This document shows positions 39,800 through 49,923 of a stretch of DNA of 64,000 nucleotides, piece by piece (within the stretch, counting starts at the first letter, position 1; the number at the start of each line of letters is the position of its first letter). A model generated the notes under the pieces. That model ran no database searches, was not told the origin of the DNA, and saw only the letters and a program-made list of their open reading frames with translations. Origin of the DNA: an uncultured delta proteobacterium (GTDB taxonomy: Bacteria > Desulfobacterota > RBG-13-43-22); the NCBI GenBank assembly GCA_963790475.1, contig CAWBOS010000010.1, positions 1,536,001 through 1,600,000 of the forward strand, read 5' to 3'. Both the position numbers and the translations under genes were made by a program.

Positions 39800-39865
39800 A
39801 ACTAACCAGCCGCTCCACCAGATCGCCAACGAACTCGTCTCCCAGTGACCGTCATGTTGTTGGCT
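39800..39865 (+). other. Degenerate integron attC-like site
   Basis: AACTAACCAGCCGCTCCACCAGATCGCC...CTCCCAGTGACCGTCATGTT directly after the stop codon. Confidence 0.5.
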
Positions 39866-40016
39866 TTCAATCAGTAATACTTGGTTATTTATCCTTACGA
39901 AATCAACGAATAGTAGGTGAATTCCCCTACCTGAAATTATAGATCAATTGGCCAAGGATCTGATTCAGGAGGTCCATTAGGCATGATGAATGGAATACTC
40001 TTAAATAAAGAAGAAG

Positions 40017-40205
40017 GTGACAAAATCAATGGACCCTAAAAAGGAGCAGATAGTGTCTTTAGAGGAGGCTTTAATCGGGGTTAAAGATCAAAGGGAGGAG
40101 GCTTTCGTATTACTCAATGCCATTCCGGAAGTATACCTGCCAGATATAGTTGAGTATTTCCGAATATTGAGCGGGCTGAAGAAGTCCCCACCCCGATCTT
40201 GTTAG
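40017..40205 (+). CDS. Small hypothetical protein, paralog of 49316-49507
   Basis: EAFVLLNAIPEVYLPDIVEY versus EAFLLLNATPEEYLPDIAEY. Confidence 0.65.
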   Translation: MTKSMDPKKEQIVSLEEALIGVKDQREEAFVLLNAIPEVYLPDIVEYFRILSGLKKSPPRSC

Positions 40206-40214
40206 GTTTGACCG

Positions 40215-40655
40215 ATGAGCACCTTAGAACGAGCCGTGGTGATCGCAGCAGAGGCCCATGCCGGGCAGGTTGACAAGGCTGGGGCACCGTATATCCTCCA
40301 CCCTCTGAGGCTTATGCTCCAAATGGAAGAGCCCGAAGACCGCATTGTCGCTGTGCTGCATGACGTTGTAGAGGATACCAATTGGACCCTTCAACGGCTT
40401 CGTAAAGAAGGGTTCCCCCATGTGATCATAGATGCCATTGACTCGGTTACTTGGCGAAAATATGAAGATTACGAAGATTTTATCCAGAGGGCTGCACAGA
40501 ATCCGATAGGAAGTCGGGTGAAGCTTGCCGATCTTCGAGACAATTGTGACCTGAGTAGGATAGCGAACCCGAAGGAAGTCGATTTCAAGCGGGTCGCCAA
40601 GTACAGGGAGGCGATAAGGACGATTGAGAGGCATTCCCAGAGGAGTGCCCCTTAA
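40215..40655 (+). CDS. HD-domain protein, small alarmone hydrolase-like
   Basis: AHAGQVDKAGAPYILHP...AVLHDVVEDT...VKLADLRDN. Confidence 0.85.
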   Translation: MSTLERAVVIAAEAHAGQVDKAGAPYILHPLRLMLQMEEPEDRIVAVLHDVVEDTNWTLQRLRKEGFPHVIIDAIDSVTWRKYEDYEDFIQRAAQNPIGSRVKLADLRDNCDLSRIANPKEVDFKRVAKYREAIRTIERHSQRSAP

Positions 40656-40777
40656 GGTTATGAATGTCAATGGGGGTGAACAGGGAATAATCTTGCATTT
40701 CCATAAATAATTACTTATAGCTATCCTGAAATTATCAATGTCTCCACGGAGAGACTCAATACCAAGGAGGGTTAACG

Positions 40778-40978
40778 ATGCCAGAAGGAAAAGTTAAATG
40801 GTTTAATGATTCAAAGGGATATGGTTTTATTGAGCAGGATGGGGGCAAGGACCTATTCGTACATCATTCCGCGATACAGGGAGAAGGTTTTAAATCGCTG
40901 GCCGAAGGTGATCGTGTCAGTTTCGATGTTGTCCAAGGTGCTAAGGGACCTGCTGCTGAGAATGTTCGTAAGCTGTAA
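40778..40978 (+). CDS. Cold-shock protein
   Basis: [32 protein letters not shown]. Confidence 0.95.
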   Translation: MPEGKVKWFNDSKGYGFIEQDGGKDLFVHHSAIQGEGFKSLAEGDRVSFDVVQGAKGPAAENVRKL

Positions 40979-41176
40979 AAGTGATCATATAGGGGCTTTA
41001 ATGTTTTAGGCACCGCATTTTTCATTAGTGGTGATCATCGCCCCTAATAGACCAACTTTTAAAATGGAGTGTGAGATTTAGAGATTTCTTATATGAAGTC
41101 TCCAAAGGGGTCCAACCCTTGTGGAGGCTTTTAATTTTTGAGTCTTTGACAAATCAAATTAAGGAGAAGGAGAACT

Positions 41177-41353
41177 ATGAAGAATGTTGAAATGACCGTG
41201 GAACAAAGCATCCTAACTATCAAAGTCGATCTTTCCAAAGAGTTCGGCCCGTCGTCTTCGGGAAAGACCATCATCATTGCATCCACTGAGGGGAATGTAT
41301 CAATTCCAGACAGGGAAGAAAAAGTCGGACTGAACGTATACCGAAAGAAATGA
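41177..41353 (+). CDS. 58-aa hypothetical protein (below ORF-track cutoff)
   Basis: MKNVEMTVEQSILTIKVDLSKEFGPSSSGKTIIIASTEGNV...; strong AAGGAG RBS. Confidence 0.75.
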   Translation: MKNVEMTVEQSILTIKVDLSKEFGPSSSGKTIIIASTEGNVSIPDREEKVGLNVYRKK

Positions 41354-41446
41354 GGGGTGATTAAGCTAATTATTAGCTGCCAGCGGCAAGTTAAAATCTA
41401 ATTTTTCGAAGAGGTGCGGTTTAAACCTTCCCGCAGGAGGAGAAAA

Positions 41447-41824
41447 ATGAGTCTTAAACCCAAAATTCTCTTATTATCCATCCTTATTCTCACCTTTGCC
41501 GTCTCTGTCTTCGCCCAGGAGACCGTCACCCCTGAAGATGCCGCCAAATTCATAGGGCAGCAAAAAACCGTATGCGGCACCGTAGCCAGTGCCCATCATG
41601 CCACTCGTAGCAAAGGCCAGCCAACCTTCTTAAATCTCAACAAGCCCTATCCCCACCCAATTTTTACAGTCCTCATTTGGGGCTCAGATCGGGACAAGTT
41701 TAAAGAACCTCCTGAACCCCTTTCTGGAAAGGAGGTCTGTGTTAGCGGGGTGATCCAAAGCTTCCATGGGAAACCCGAAATAATCGTTAAAGACCCGACA
41801 CAGATTAAGGCGAAGCAGATTTGA
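41447..41824 (+). CDS. Secreted OB-fold nucleic-acid-binding protein
   Basis: Signal peptide; TVCGTV..PTFLNL.KPYP..FTVLIW...GKPEII. Confidence 0.75.
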   Translation: MSLKPKILLLSILILTFAVSVFAQETVTPEDAAKFIGQQKTVCGTVASAHHATRSKGQPTFLNLNKPYPHPIFTVLIWGSDRDKFKEPPEPLSGKEVCVSGVIQSFHGKPEIIVKDPTQIKAKQI

Positions 41825-41895
41825 TCATCCGCAAGATTTTCTATATAATAATAAAAAATAGAACACCGGTCCCGTCATTGGAGTCTTAATACACA

Positions 41896-42660
41896 ATGTG
41901 TAAAAAAAACAAATCATTTATCCTTGGAGTTTGGCGTGACCCTGTTTGGAGTAAAGTCATTGCAATTGGGATCGTGGCATTAATAGGAGTTTCTTGGGCA
42001 TGGCTAAAGAATGATAATCGTATGGCTCCTAATATCATTGAGAAAAAAACTTTTCATCCTCAAGAAAAAGGGGGAAATGGAAAAACACCAGATTTTAATC
42101 CTGTTGAAGGGAAGCCTTCTTCTCCAAAGCCATTGGAAACAGATCAGGGGCAAGAAGTACCAAAAGAATTTGCTCTTTTAATAAATCGGGATATTCCTAT
42201 TCGTGTGGGCAAGTCAAATATAGCTATAGTAATTAAGTCAAGGAAAGATGAAAAGGGATTTACCCCTGAAAATTCCCTTTATAGTCTTTTAAGAACTGAA
42301 AAGGTTAACCTAATAGTTAATCTATTTAAGGAAAAATCATTTAAAGCAAAAGGATTCTTTAGAGAAATTTACGATGGAAACACGGATCTCTTAAGACAGG
42401 CAAAGGCTTTATCAAAAATTGATTTTCTTATCCTTGGAGAACTAAGTTACTCATTTCAAAAAGATTCAAAGATTGATAGCGACTTAATTTCATGTAACAT
42501 CAACTTCTCTTATAAAACCTTAAACAAGAACGCTGAAATTATTAAAAGTGATACTGTCAGTGTCATCGGGCCTGGTTTTTCTGAGAATGCGGCTTTGGGA
42601 CGTGGGTTAGAAATCCTTGCAGAGCAATATTCAGATAAAATATTAACTCCAAATCATTAA
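41896..42660 (+). CDS. Membrane-anchored hypothetical protein
   Basis: WRDPVWSKVIA followed by a transmembrane segment. Confidence 0.7.
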   Translation: MCKKNKSFILGVWRDPVWSKVIAIGIVALIGVSWAWLKNDNRMAPNIIEKKTFHPQEKGGNGKTPDFNPVEGKPSSPKPLETDQGQEVPKEFALLINRDIPIRVGKSNIAIVIKSRKDEKGFTPENSLYSLLRTEKVNLIVNLFKEKSFKAKGFFREIYDGNTDLLRQAKALSKIDFLILGELSYSFQKDSKIDSDLISCNINFSYKTLNKNAEIIKSDTVSVIGPGFSENAALGRGLEILAEQYSDKILTPNH

Positions 42661-42673
42661 AGGAGGAGATGAA

Positions 42674-43654
42674 ATGCATCGATTCTTGTCTGTAATAATC
42701 ATTTTATCAATCTTTTTATTATTAAATTCTAATCCTTCGATGGCTTACGACAAGGAGATAAAAAGCCTTTCCGCAAATATGGCAGAAAGTATTTCTAAGT
42801 TCCATAAAAAAACCATAGCCGTTGTTGATTTTACAGATTTACAGGGAAATGTGACAGAACTTGGTAGATTTCTTGCTGAGGAAATTTCAGCAGATTTAAC
42901 AATCGTAGCCCAAGGCTTTGAGGTAATTGATAGAACCCATTTAAAAACTATACTTGCTGAACACAAGCTCTCAATTTCAGGTCTTCTTAATCCTAATACT
43001 GTTAAAAAACTTGGACAAATTTCAGGAGTTGATGCGATTATAACAGGATCGGTTACCCCGTTTGGAGATAGTATCAGGGTCACAGCCAAAATGATAACAA
43101 CGGATACAGCCAGGATAATTGGGGCTGCCAATGGAAATATTGATAAGACAAAGGCTATTGAAGAACTTCTTGCAAAAGGGATAGGGACAGGTCGATCTTC
43201 TTCTGTAGACGATAGGAGTGAAGGTTCGCCCTTGTCGAAGAGCGAACGCCCCTTCTTTGATAGTTCCTTGCTTAGATTAGATGTTGTCTCATTTGAGCAA
43301 TCCGGTCCATATTTTCACCTTCTTTTGAAACATACTAATAAGACAAATCAGAGCTTAGAGATTAGAGCTATTGATCACAGAGAAAATACTTTCCTACAAG
43401 ATGATAACAACATCCAATTTAATTATGTTACGACCTATACAGCAGGCAGAAATAATGAATTGGAGTTGTCTGATCGCGGGCGTACCATTGAACTTCCACC
43501 CAACGGCTCAAGGGTTATATCTTTAAATTTTGAAGGTTCCTCCGTAGCTAAAGGAAAAAGATATTCTTTCTCGTCGAAATACGGATATCGCATAGGCAGT
43601 GGACGTTGGGCTCCATACAAGCCACTTTTCGTTAGTATTAAGGGGATTCAGTAA
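42674..43654 (+). CDS. Secreted FlgO/CsgG-like domain protein
   Basis: IAVVDFTDLQG..ELGRFLAEE..VIDR..L.E..L..SGL..KLG..GVDAIITG. Confidence 0.8.
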   Translation: MHRFLSVIIILSIFLLLNSNPSMAYDKEIKSLSANMAESISKFHKKTIAVVDFTDLQGNVTELGRFLAEEISADLTIVAQGFEVIDRTHLKTILAEHKLSISGLLNPNTVKKLGQISGVDAIITGSVTPFGDSIRVTAKMITTDTARIIGAANGNIDKTKAIEELLAKGIGTGRSSSVDDRSEGSPLSKSERPFFDSSLLRLDVVSFEQSGPYFHLLLKHTNKTNQSLEIRAIDHRENTFLQDDNNIQFNYVTTYTAGRNNELELSDRGRTIELPPNGSRVISLNFEGSSVAKGKRYSFSSKYGYRIGSGRWAPYKPLFVSIKGIQ

Positions 43655-43860
43655 GTTAACTCTCCTGAATCCGACAGAAATAATCGACAATTAGAAAAAC
43701 CTGGCTTGAACCAACGAAACAACATTATACACGCTCTAATGGAAATCCGACAAGGTATTAATATGAATTTCATCAATATGAATAACTTTAAAATACTTCT
43801 ATAAGAATTAACCCTTCTCAGATTAGGGCAAAGTAGTCCGATCAATTCCGTGATTACCCC

Positions 43861-44553
43861 ATGCTTATAAAAAATAGAATCCAAAGGATAGTTGCATTAA
43901 CAATTCTGCTATTCCTCAATCTTCCCGGTCTTTCCCAGGCGTGGTATGACAACACCCACTTAGCCATTGCCAAGGCAGCCGGATATCAGCAATGGTACAA
44001 TGCCGCTGGGCCGGACATCGCAAAAATCAAGGCAGGGGATAAGGAAGCCCGGAATCATTACTCCAATAATCCGCCTGGTTCGGTAATTACCCCTCAGATG
44101 ATTCTCGATCAAATAACAAGGTATGATGATCCCAGCGATGAAAAAGGCCACCTCTACGGGGCCATTGTAGCTTCCCTCCGGGACTATAGATCCGCTAAGG
44201 CTGCTGGGAAGTACGCCGTATATTATCTCGCCTACTGTGTCCATTACGTTGGCGACCTGTCCATGCCCCTCCATAATACCCTCTACAATTCGTTCAACCG
44301 GCAGAACCATGCAGCCATGGATGGAGCCGTAGATGATGAAGTTCTGGATCACTTGGACCGGATCAAGATCTACCCCATAAAGATCAATTCTGAAGACGAT
44401 CTGATCAAGGAAATAGCCAGAATAGCCAATCTCTCCATGAAATTGGGCTATCAGCTTGAGAAGGAGAATCGAAATTTGACCTAAGAGGAAGCTTATATTC
44501 AACTGGCCCACAGCACTTCCCTTTTCAAGGCCATTTTGGATTACGCTCGATAA
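43861..44553 (+). pseudogene. S1/P1 nuclease or Zn-dependent phospholipase C-like protein with premature stop at 44482
   Basis: AWYDNTH, HYVGDLSMPLH and H..MD; the frame continues EEAYIQLAHS... after the TAA. Confidence 0.75.
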
Positions 44554-44566
44554 GAAGGAGGATACT

Positions 44567-45244
44567 ATGAAGATTACAGCCATTGTTGGCAGCCCGAGAG
44601 GAGTTAAAGGGGCCACAGGCTCCCTCATGAAGATAGTTCTCCAGGGGGCTGAAAGCCTTGGAGCTACCGCCGAGATCTTCGCCATCAAAGGGCAAGAGGT
44701 AAAACCTTGCAAAGCCTGCAATACATGCCACAAGATGGGGTCATGCCCACAGAAAGACTCATTCAGAACGATCAAGGAGAGCATCGACAAGGCCGATGAC
44801 CTCATTCTCGCCAGCCCCAATTACATATTTCATGTTAGTGCTCAACTGAAAGCCTTCTTCGACCGCTGCTGCGGCGTGATCCATTGCCAGGGCTTTGAGG
44901 GAAAGTATGGTGTTGCGGTAGTTACTTCTGGAGGAGGGGATGAGGCCCCTATTGCGGACTACATACAGCATTTTCTGGCTACTACTGGGGCTATCCCTGT
45001 TGGTGCTGTATGGGCGACAATGGGTCAGATTCAGGACTATAACTTCCCTCCAGAATTAAGAGAAAAGGCCTTTACCTTGGGTCAGAGGCTTGTGAAGGCA
45101 TGGCGGGACAAAGAAACCAGCCCCGAGTACAAAAAGATTAGCCGGGAGTTCAAAAAAAGGATGCGTTCACTGATGCTCTGGCGTAAAGAGGAATGGCCCT
45201 ATGAGTACGAATACTGGAAGGCACACCAGGGTCTGAAGGGATAA
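44567..45244 (+). CDS. Flavodoxin-family iron-sulfur flavoprotein
   Basis: GSPR, CKACNTC...C and ASPNY..VSAQLKAFFDR. Confidence 0.88.
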   Translation: MKITAIVGSPRGVKGATGSLMKIVLQGAESLGATAEIFAIKGQEVKPCKACNTCHKMGSCPQKDSFRTIKESIDKADDLILASPNYIFHVSAQLKAFFDRCCGVIHCQGFEGKYGVAVVTSGGGDEAPIADYIQHFLATTGAIPVGAVWATMGQIQDYNFPPELREKAFTLGQRLVKAWRDKETSPEYKKISREFKKRMRSLMLWRKEEWPYEYEYWKAHQGLKG

Positions 45245-45348
45245 GGCTGGCGGTCAACATCCGACTGCTGAGATGGAAAAACCGGTCGAAAGTCAGATTA
45301 CGATTTTATAGAAACAACAGTATAACAGCCTTGCCCATGTGAGATGGT

Positions 45349-45729
45349 ATGGTCATAAAGCTGAAAGCATCATATAAGGCCGCACTTCTATCCCTATTCG
45401 TCTTTCCTGGCCTTGGCCATCTCTATCTAAAAAGGTACTGGAGGGGTCTGGTTATCATGTTATTTTTCCTTACCGGAGTAAGCTATATGGTCTGGTTCAT
45501 CACGGCATCTGCTCTAAAGCGTCTTGACCGGGCAATGGTTATGATGAAGGGTGATATTACGAAATTGCAACACCTGCCAGACATTGTCGGATCAAAAATG
45601 TTAGTTACAGGACTCTATCAAGACGTTGTTTCCTATGTTATTATTTGCTTATGGATATTTGCCGTCATAGATGCCTATAGAATCGGAAGGCAGAGAGAAC
45701 TTCAAGACAAAGGGACTTCTAAAGTATAA
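45349..45729 (+). CDS. Membrane protein
   Basis: AALLSLFVFPGLGHLYL...WIFAVIDAY. Confidence 0.75.
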   Translation: MVIKLKASYKAALLSLFVFPGLGHLYLKRYWRGLVIMLFFLTGVSYMVWFITASALKRLDRAMVMMKGDITKLQHLPDIVGSKMLVTGLYQDVVSYVIICLWIFAVIDAYRIGRQRELQDKGTSKV

Positions 45730-45752
45730 TTCCTTCATATCATCAGTGATAA

Positions 45753-47945
45753 ATGCCTACAAATAATCTCACCGATCTCCAAGGCCAAATTGAACGAATA
45801 ACCTATACCAATGATGAAAACGGTTATACCGTTGCCAAGGTAAAGGTCTATGGAAGACGGGACCTGGTAACGATTATCGGCAATATCATCAACCCCACAC
45901 CCGGTGAAATCATCAAAATGAAGGGGGAATGGGGCAACCATCCCAAATTTGGTGAGCAATTCAAGATTGTCTTTTGCCAGACCACAACCCCGGCCACGGT
46001 ATACGGCATCGAAAAATACCTGGGTTCAGGTCTGGTTAAAGGTATCGGTCCGGTTATGGCCAAACGGATCGTCAAGATGTTCAAGGAAGAGACCCTGAAT
46101 ATCATTGAACTGGAGATCGATAAACTCGCTGACGTTGAAGGGATAGGTAAAAAACGAATAGGTATGATCAAACATGCCTGGGAAGAACAGAAAGAGATCC
46201 GGGCGGTAATGATTTTTCTTCAATCCCATGGGGTCAGTTCCGGATACGCGGCCAAGATCTTCAAACAATATGGTAATGAGGCCATCAAGATTGTCCAGGA
46301 GAACCCCTATCGGCTGGCCACTGATATCTTCGGGATAGGATTTATCACCGCCGACAAGATAGCCGAGAAGCTTGGGTTTGCCAAAGACTCGGATCTGCGG
46401 GCCGGGGCCGGCATCCTCTACGTTCTCCAGGAAATGACCGATGAGGGTCATGTCTATTACCCCTATGAACCCCTGATTGTGAAATGCAAGGAGGTCCTGG
46501 ACATTGACCGGGAGGTTATTGTCAAGGCCTTGGGTACCCTGGCGGCCGACAAAGAGATCGTCATTGAGGACCTGAACCAGGATCTGGAGGCCTTCCAGGA
46601 GAACAACAAGGCGGTTTATCTGATTGGGTATCATATAGCCGAAACAAGCCTGGCCGCTCGCCTCAAGAGGCTCCTCACCACCCCGCAGGCGATTAGAGAA
46701 ATAGACTCAGAAAAGGCCATTCAATGGGTTCAGGCTAAGCTCTCCATCACCCTGGCCGATAAACAGGTCGAAGCCGTCCGATCTGCCGCTGGTAATAAGG
46801 TCATGATAATTACCGGGGGTCCCGGAACCGGCAAGACGACCATTATTACTGCCATCCTCAAGATATTCGCGGCCCTTAAAACCAAGATCATGCTGGCGGC
46901 CCCCACCGGAAGAGCGGCCAAACGGATGAGCGAAGCCACAGGGCACGAAGCCAAGACCATTCACCGGCTCCTGGAATACAATATGCGGAAAAGGGCCTTT
47001 GATAAGAACGACGAAAAGCCTCTGGATTGTCAACTCCTGATCATCGATGAAGCCTCCATGATCGACACCCTGCTCATGCATCATCTATTAAAAGCCATTC
47101 CACTAACCGCCACCTTTATCCTGGTTGGAGACGTAAACCAGCTCCCTTCCGTCGGGGCCGGGAATGTCTTAAGGGACATAATTGATTCAGGCGTAGCCCC
47201 AGTGGTCGAGTTAAATGAAATTTTCCGCCAGGCCCAGGAAAGCTCAATAATCGTCAATGCTCATAGGATCAACCAAGGTCTTACCCCGAACCTTAAGTCC
47301 AACCCGGATAAACTGGAAGATTTCTACTTTATCGAACAGGAGGATCCAGAAAAGGTCCTGGAGTTGATCATCAGCCTGGTCAAGGACCGGATACCGCATC
47401 GATTTGGGCTTAAGCACGGCACTGAGATTCAGGTCCTCACCCCTATGCACCGGGGGATAGTCGGGGCCGGGAACCTGAACATAGAGCTTCAGAAGGCCCT
47501 TAATCCGCGAGAAGATGGGGTCCTGCGGGGAGGAAGGACCTTTAAAGTCAACGACCGGGTTATGCAGATTGTCAATAACTACGACAAAGAGGTCTATAAT
47601 GGAGACATTGGGAGGATCGGCCTAATCGATGAAGAAGCCCAGGAGGTCACGGTGACCATCGATGACCGAAGGATTATCTATGACTACAGCGATCTGGATG
47701 AATTGGTCCACGCCTATGCTGTATCCATCCATAAATCCCAAGGCTCGGAATATCCGGCCGTGGTTATACCCATCCTCATACAGCATTATATCCTGCTCCA
47801 GAGGAATCTACTGTATACCGGGGTAACCAGGGGGAAAAAGTTGGTGGTGCTGGTCGGAACGAAAAAGGCCTTAGCTATAGCTATCAGAAACAACAAGACG
47901 GAGAAGAGATATACCCTGTTGCGGCAGAGATTAACGGCCAGGTAG
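45753..47945 (+). CDS. recD2: RecD-like ATP-dependent DNA helicase
   Basis: HhH region, TGGPGTGKT, APTGRAAKR, IIDEASM, GDVNQLPSV and HKSQGSEY. Confidence 0.95.
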   Translation: MPTNNLTDLQGQIERITYTNDENGYTVAKVKVYGRRDLVTIIGNIINPTPGEIIKMKGEWGNHPKFGEQFKIVFCQTTTPATVYGIEKYLGSGLVKGIGPVMAKRIVKMFKEETLNIIELEIDKLADVEGIGKKRIGMIKHAWEEQKEIRAVMIFLQSHGVSSGYAAKIFKQYGNEAIKIVQENPYRLATDIFGIGFITADKIAEKLGFAKDSDLRAGAGILYVLQEMTDEGHVYYPYEPLIVKCKEVLDIDREVIVKALGTLAADKEIVIEDLNQDLEAFQENNKAVYLIGYHIAETSLAARLKRLLTTPQAIREIDSEKAIQWVQAKLSITLADKQVEAVRSAAGNKVMIITGGPGTGKTTIITAILKIFAALKTKIMLAAPTGRAAKRMSEATGHEAKTIHRLLEYNMRKRAFDKNDEKPLDCQLLIIDEASMIDTLLMHHLLKAIPLTATFILVGDVNQLPSVGAGNVLRDIIDSGVAPVVELNEIFRQAQESSIIVNAHRINQGLTPNLKSNPDKLEDFYFIEQEDPEKVLELIISLVKDRIPHRFGLKHGTEIQVLTPMHRGIVGAGNLNIELQKALNPREDGVLRGGRTFKVNDRVMQIVNNYDKEVYNGDIGRIGLIDEEAQEVTVTIDDRRIIYDYSDLDELVHAYAVSIHKSQGSEYPAVVIPILIQHYILLQRNLLYTGVTRGKKLVVLVGTKKALAIAIRNNKTEKRYTLLRQRLTAR

Positions 47946-48107
47946 ATTGATGATTAGGGATGTACAGTTTCAAGACTGAGGACGAAAAATTTAACCAAGC
48001 TTCACCTATTGTCTATATTGTTTACGTTTAAATCGAGTTTATGGTACATTTCGGGAAAACCACTTAAAATAATTACATTGTTCTACATAAGGAGAGAGTT
48101 GTCACAT

Positions 48108-48626
48108 ATGTTTCATAGCCTTCTACCGTTCGTCATCATCATAATAGTCCTCTTGGTCGTCTCTGCCGTTATCAAGATCGTGTTGAGACGAAGAGCACGG
48201 GAGCCGCAGAACTACCCATACGAAAAGATGGACGCCTTATTCTCTCCTGCCGAGCGATCTTTTTTGGGTGTACTTGAACAGGCAGTCAACGGTCGTTACC
48301 GGTTCATGGGAAAAGTACGTTTGGCAGATATCGTGAGGGTAAAAGGCGGGATGAACAAAGGCAGTTGGCAAAACGCCTTCAACAGAATCCAGAACAAGCA
48401 TGTGGACATAGTGGGATGTGACCCAGCGACCCTGAACATCCAATTCGTGGTGGAACTTGACGACAGCACCCACGGCCAGTCGAGAAGACAAAGCCGAGAC
48501 CAGTTTCTTGACAACGCCCTTCAGACCGCTGGAATTCCAATCGTTCATGTTTCGGCGAAAAAGGGTTATTCATCACAGGATATCCAAGACGTGCTCTCGC
48601 AAGCAGGGGTAGTGACAAGAACGTGA
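48108..48626 (+). CDS. DUF2726 domain protein
   Basis: N-terminal TM; SPAERSF..KVRLAD..KHVD..VELDDSTH..RD. Confidence 0.8.
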   Translation: MFHSLLPFVIIIIVLLVVSAVIKIVLRRRAREPQNYPYEKMDALFSPAERSFLGVLEQAVNGRYRFMGKVRLADIVRVKGGMNKGSWQNAFNRIQNKHVDIVGCDPATLNIQFVVELDDSTHGQSRRQSRDQFLDNALQTAGIPIVHVSAKKGYSSQDIQDVLSQAGVVTRT

Positions 48627-48759
48627 TTCTATAAATTATTGCGTCTCTGGGGTCGAAAATACCTAAGAAATTCAAAAAGCAATTCTTACCCTTCTTAGCT
48701 TTAAACTTTTCCAATTTGATTCAAAGGGCTTTAGTCTTCCTTTAACTTAAGCCAGCTAT

Positions 48760-49032
48760 ATGGATAACCCAGATCGAAGCAAATTCTATTTCCGAGACCT
48801 TCACCCCAACATCTACCTTGGAACGACTTCAGACCGTTACGCCGGATGGATCGGCCAGATTTATTCAAAGGACCGCTATGCTGGCAGGATTAACCGTCGA
48901 ACTAATGTCATAGGTGGGAAAAAGTTTATCGAAGAGGTCCTCCCGGTCGATAGCGTTGATGAATATTTCCAACATTTTCATTTTCCCGGAATCGATTATA
49001 CCTTCTTTCGTCCTCTTACTGAGTTCAGATGA
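48760..49032 (+). pseudogene. DUF72-like N-terminal fragment
   Basis: IYLGTTSDRYAGWIGQIY...EYFQHF...IDYTFFRP, then an early stop. Confidence 0.6.
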
Positions 49033-49241
49033 GCCAGTGCGTCAATCCATTACTATGAGAATTATCGTTAGTGAAATGATATTTGTGAAATAAAATTGGA
49101 ATAAACGGAAATGTTTTTCCCTCCTAAAAAGGGAAATAAATCAGGAAAAAATGGAAATTTTCTTCATTTCTCAATAGTGCTCAAGTCTTTAGTTAAACAA
49201 TAAACCAATAAAAACAATCAATTAAAAAGTATTGAAGTTAG

Positions 49242-49257
49242 TGGCATCGGATTTGCT
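49242..49257 (+). promoter_or_regulatory. Sigma54 -24/-12 promoter
   Basis: TGGCATCGGATTTGCT (GG-N10-GC) upstream of ORF 49316. Confidence 0.65.
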
Positions 49258-49315
49258 TAATACTTATTATCAGATGATCCAATTATCCAAAGATTTATAA
49301 TTAAGGTTAAAGTGA

Positions 49316-49507
49316 ATGGGGCAATTAATAAAGACAGAAAGCAATGGTGAGAAGATAGAGGCCTTAAAAAGGGCTTTAATCGGTATTAATAATAAGAGAA
49401 TGGAGGCTTTTTTATTACTGAATGCAACTCCGGAAGAATATTTGCCTGATATAGCGGAGTACCTTTGGATCCTTAATGGACTCAATAAAACAGGGAGAAG
49501 AAATTAG
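49316..49507 (+). CDS. Small hypothetical protein, paralog of 40017-40205
   Basis: Clear local similarity to 40017-40205. Confidence 0.65.
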   Translation: MGQLIKTESNGEKIEALKRALIGINNKRMEAFLLLNATPEEYLPDIAEYLWILNGLNKTGRRN

Positions 49508-49779
49508 GGATGGCTTTGGGCTGGAGGTGGATAGTAACATGACGGAGGGTTATAGCAACCCAGCTCCCAGCCCCAGCCCATAAGACCGCCGATAGTCAAT
49601 CCGGGAAAGAACTCCCCATACCCTCACCACCTACGATGTCCATACCTATCATATCTATATCCTCTATGCCATCCACGTTCACTATATCTTTCAGGCCCAC
49701 GGTAAGCTTCGGCCTGTATAGACGGCATGAATAGGGCTAACACAAAAAGAATGCTTAACAGACTAATGAGTTTTTTCAT
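49505..49779 (-). pseudogene. Decayed short paralog of the Gly/Arg-rich secreted protein
   Basis: Same MKKLISLLSILFVL start; TGA at 49624, after which GYGEFFPGLTIGGLMGW continues. Confidence 0.7.
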
Positions 49780-49923
49780 GTTCTTTCCTCCAGGCCTGTT
49801 TGGAACAGGCAACCGGCTTAACCTGGTCTTTTTTAAATGAGATTTAAAGGGACTGAATTTCTTACATTACCCTTCGATCAAGCCCAGTAAGCTTTAATAT
49901 GCAGAACACCAGCGTATGGCCAA

